From Antedon mediterranea (taxonomy: Eukaryota > Animalia > Echinodermata): 64,000 bases of DNA. The stretch covers positions 7,603,888 through 7,667,887 of the forward strand of contig NC_092676.1 in the NCBI RefSeq assembly GCF_964355755.1. The letters run 5' to 3'. The translations under genes were made by a program, and so were the position numbers. Each line of letters opens with the position of its first letter. The first letter of the stretch is position 1. Shown here piece after piece: positions 62,481 through 64,000 of this stretch. The notes under the pieces were generated by a model that searched no databases, was not told the DNA's origin, and was given only the letters and a program-made list of their open reading frames with translations.

Positions 62481-62941
62481 AGAAGATAATCAGGATGATG
62501 ATGAAAATGAAGAAGATAATCAGGATGATGATGATGATGATGATAATGAAGAAGATAATCAGGATGATGATGAAGAAGAAAAGATAATCAGGATGAGGAT
62601 GTTAATGATATATTAGGCTCATACACATATTAGTCTAATGATTGGCAAATATATTGTTAAAAATAATATTCTGACAACAAATCTAGCATTCATTTCAACT
62701 GCAGCCCTCCCTCTATAGTACACCATACCTTGCCATAAAGAATAGCACACTCAGCATACATGTCTGTCTCCTTCACTTTTCCCAGTATAAGCTGAACTCG
62801 GTACAGGTTAGACGTCTGTAGCATGTGCCTCAACTTTGACCTTGCTAGATCCTGTTGAGTTTTTTCACTTTGGCTCTCTTTCCTTAGCTGTAGTACGGCA
62901 TCTAGGTATAAAACAGCCAAGTGTGTGTGGTACTTTTCTTT
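58097..62941 (-). CDS. TGFBRAP1: TGF-beta receptor-associated protein 1 / Vps3 (CORVET subunit), last four coding exons; the 5' part lies outside the window
   Basis: Exons 62941-62729 (EKYHTHLAVLYL...LYRVQLIL...AILYGK), 60746-60586 (LEEHDKALRILVYKLQDYGAAENYC), 58890-58818 and 58429-58097 (VLQIIPDSWSV...LARGENL...CKVCNQAF...FVRYPNG...HVHC). These match the TGFBRAP1 C-terminus as I recall it. Confidence 0.9.
58991..59330. mobile_element. MITE family B (TTAAAGATGTATTGTCCCC...GGGGACAATACATCTTTAA; Kolobok- or Crypton-like ends); other copies at about 15590-15910, 27281-27612, 55175-55507, 56750-56980, 60792-61070, 61068-61630
   Basis: Near-perfect inverted termini flanked by TTAA, repeated at several loci. 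Confidence 0.72.
61134..61397 (+). mobile_element. RTE-clade LINE 3' fragment with an 8-bp target-site duplication
   Basis: KRPVGRPKTTW C-terminal motif and a (GAT)n tail. ACATTTAA is duplicated at 61126-61133 and 61398-61405. Confidence 0.7.
62232..62600. repeat. Compound (GAT)n/GAAGATAATCAG microsatellite in a TGFBRAP1 intron
   Basis: Repeated GATGATGAAGATAATCAG. Confidence 0.92.
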
Positions 62942-64000
62942 CTGAAATTCAAATTATAACTTAATTCACATCAAAAATATCTTTTAAAATGTTTTCTCAT
63001 ACATATATAATGATGAGAGAATTATTATTTAAAAATAATTTCTTTCATCGTTATATTTAGGCCTATGTTATGTTTATATCATTATAATTACATTTGTATT
63101 TGTTAAATAAGTGATGGCAACTAAAATGGAAAACATTTTTACATAGATCCAAAATATGAACCCTTGACTCAACTCAACGTGAGCATTTATTCGAATGTTC
63201 ATTGGAGATAAAAATTTCTACTGATATTGTCCTTGTATGGGGGTTAAGCCGGTTTTCCCCCCTTACTGTGACTCGGCCAGGATTTGAACATAGGAATCAA
63301 CGATTGGTAACAACCATTAACAACCACAACCCTGCTCTACTATGATTTATTGTGCAGTAGGATATATACAGATTTTTTTCTAATTACATAGAACACTCAA
63401 ACACAAAGCATTTCTTCTCCTTGGTTAAATTAAATTAAAATCCAGCCAACTAAACTAAATTCTGGTCCTCAAAGTGGTTCTTAATTAGAGGTAAACATAA
63501 TAGACCACTGTCACAGTGATGTATTATTTGTAATATCTGAAACCACAACAGCAGGCAATATTCTATATACTGTACAAGGTTGCAATACCTATAGACTGTA
63601 AAGCTGGGATTTAGCTATTATCCATTGAACAATGCCATTTCTTTATAATATTTTTCCAATCTTTCATAATAATGACTTGATAAGGATCCAATATCACGTA
63701 GATATTCTCAACATATTATATGAAATTTATGTTTCCTTGTCTTTTTATCTTATATTATATTCTAGTTGTCTGCAGTATGAAAGTACAACATAGATTTAGC
63801 AGGGTGGATGAGAGGATAAAGCAGTTAGAATTTGTTTCTCAATGGTTTTCCTAACACTGCCCAAACATACTTGGAACAGCAAAACTAAATTACAACAGGT
63901 ATGTACAGTAATTGTAAGTGAACAAATGTATTAGTTAGGTGAAGTTTATCCTGATCTTGTAATTATTACTATCTATCTATTAGTACCAGTATCAAGTAGA

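Noticed and set aside
62300-62587. Met/Ile/Lys-rich ORF
   Set aside because: Microsatellite translation within a TGFBRAP1 intron.

Overview
AT-rich, intron-containing animal genomic DNA; HYR repeats and the repeat landscape suggest a marine invertebrate, possibly an echinoderm (inference). The window is dominated by one complete 48-exon minus-strand gene (CDS 56023->8905, about 2,900 aa by my hand assembly, all splice phases consistent). It encodes an adhesion GPCR: signal peptide, 26 tandem HYR domains (one per exon), GAIN/GPS region, 7TM and a very acidic tail. Its introns carry (i) a nested antisense gene for an intact non-RD tyrosine-kinase-like protein kinase, (ii) a 54/55-bp satellite spanning 7.6 kb that was amplified from the gene's own exon-end plus splice donor and is split by a CR1/L2-group LINE with an intact ORF, (iii) a 7.3-kb CACTA/EnSpm-type element with satellite-like arms inside the intron that splits the GPS motif, and (iv) many MITEs and minisatellites. 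The right end holds the last four coding exons of a TGFBRAP1 (Vps3) orthologue. The left end holds retroelement debris, including a Penelope-like fragment with a minimal hammerhead ribozyme. All calls are by eye; no database search was run.
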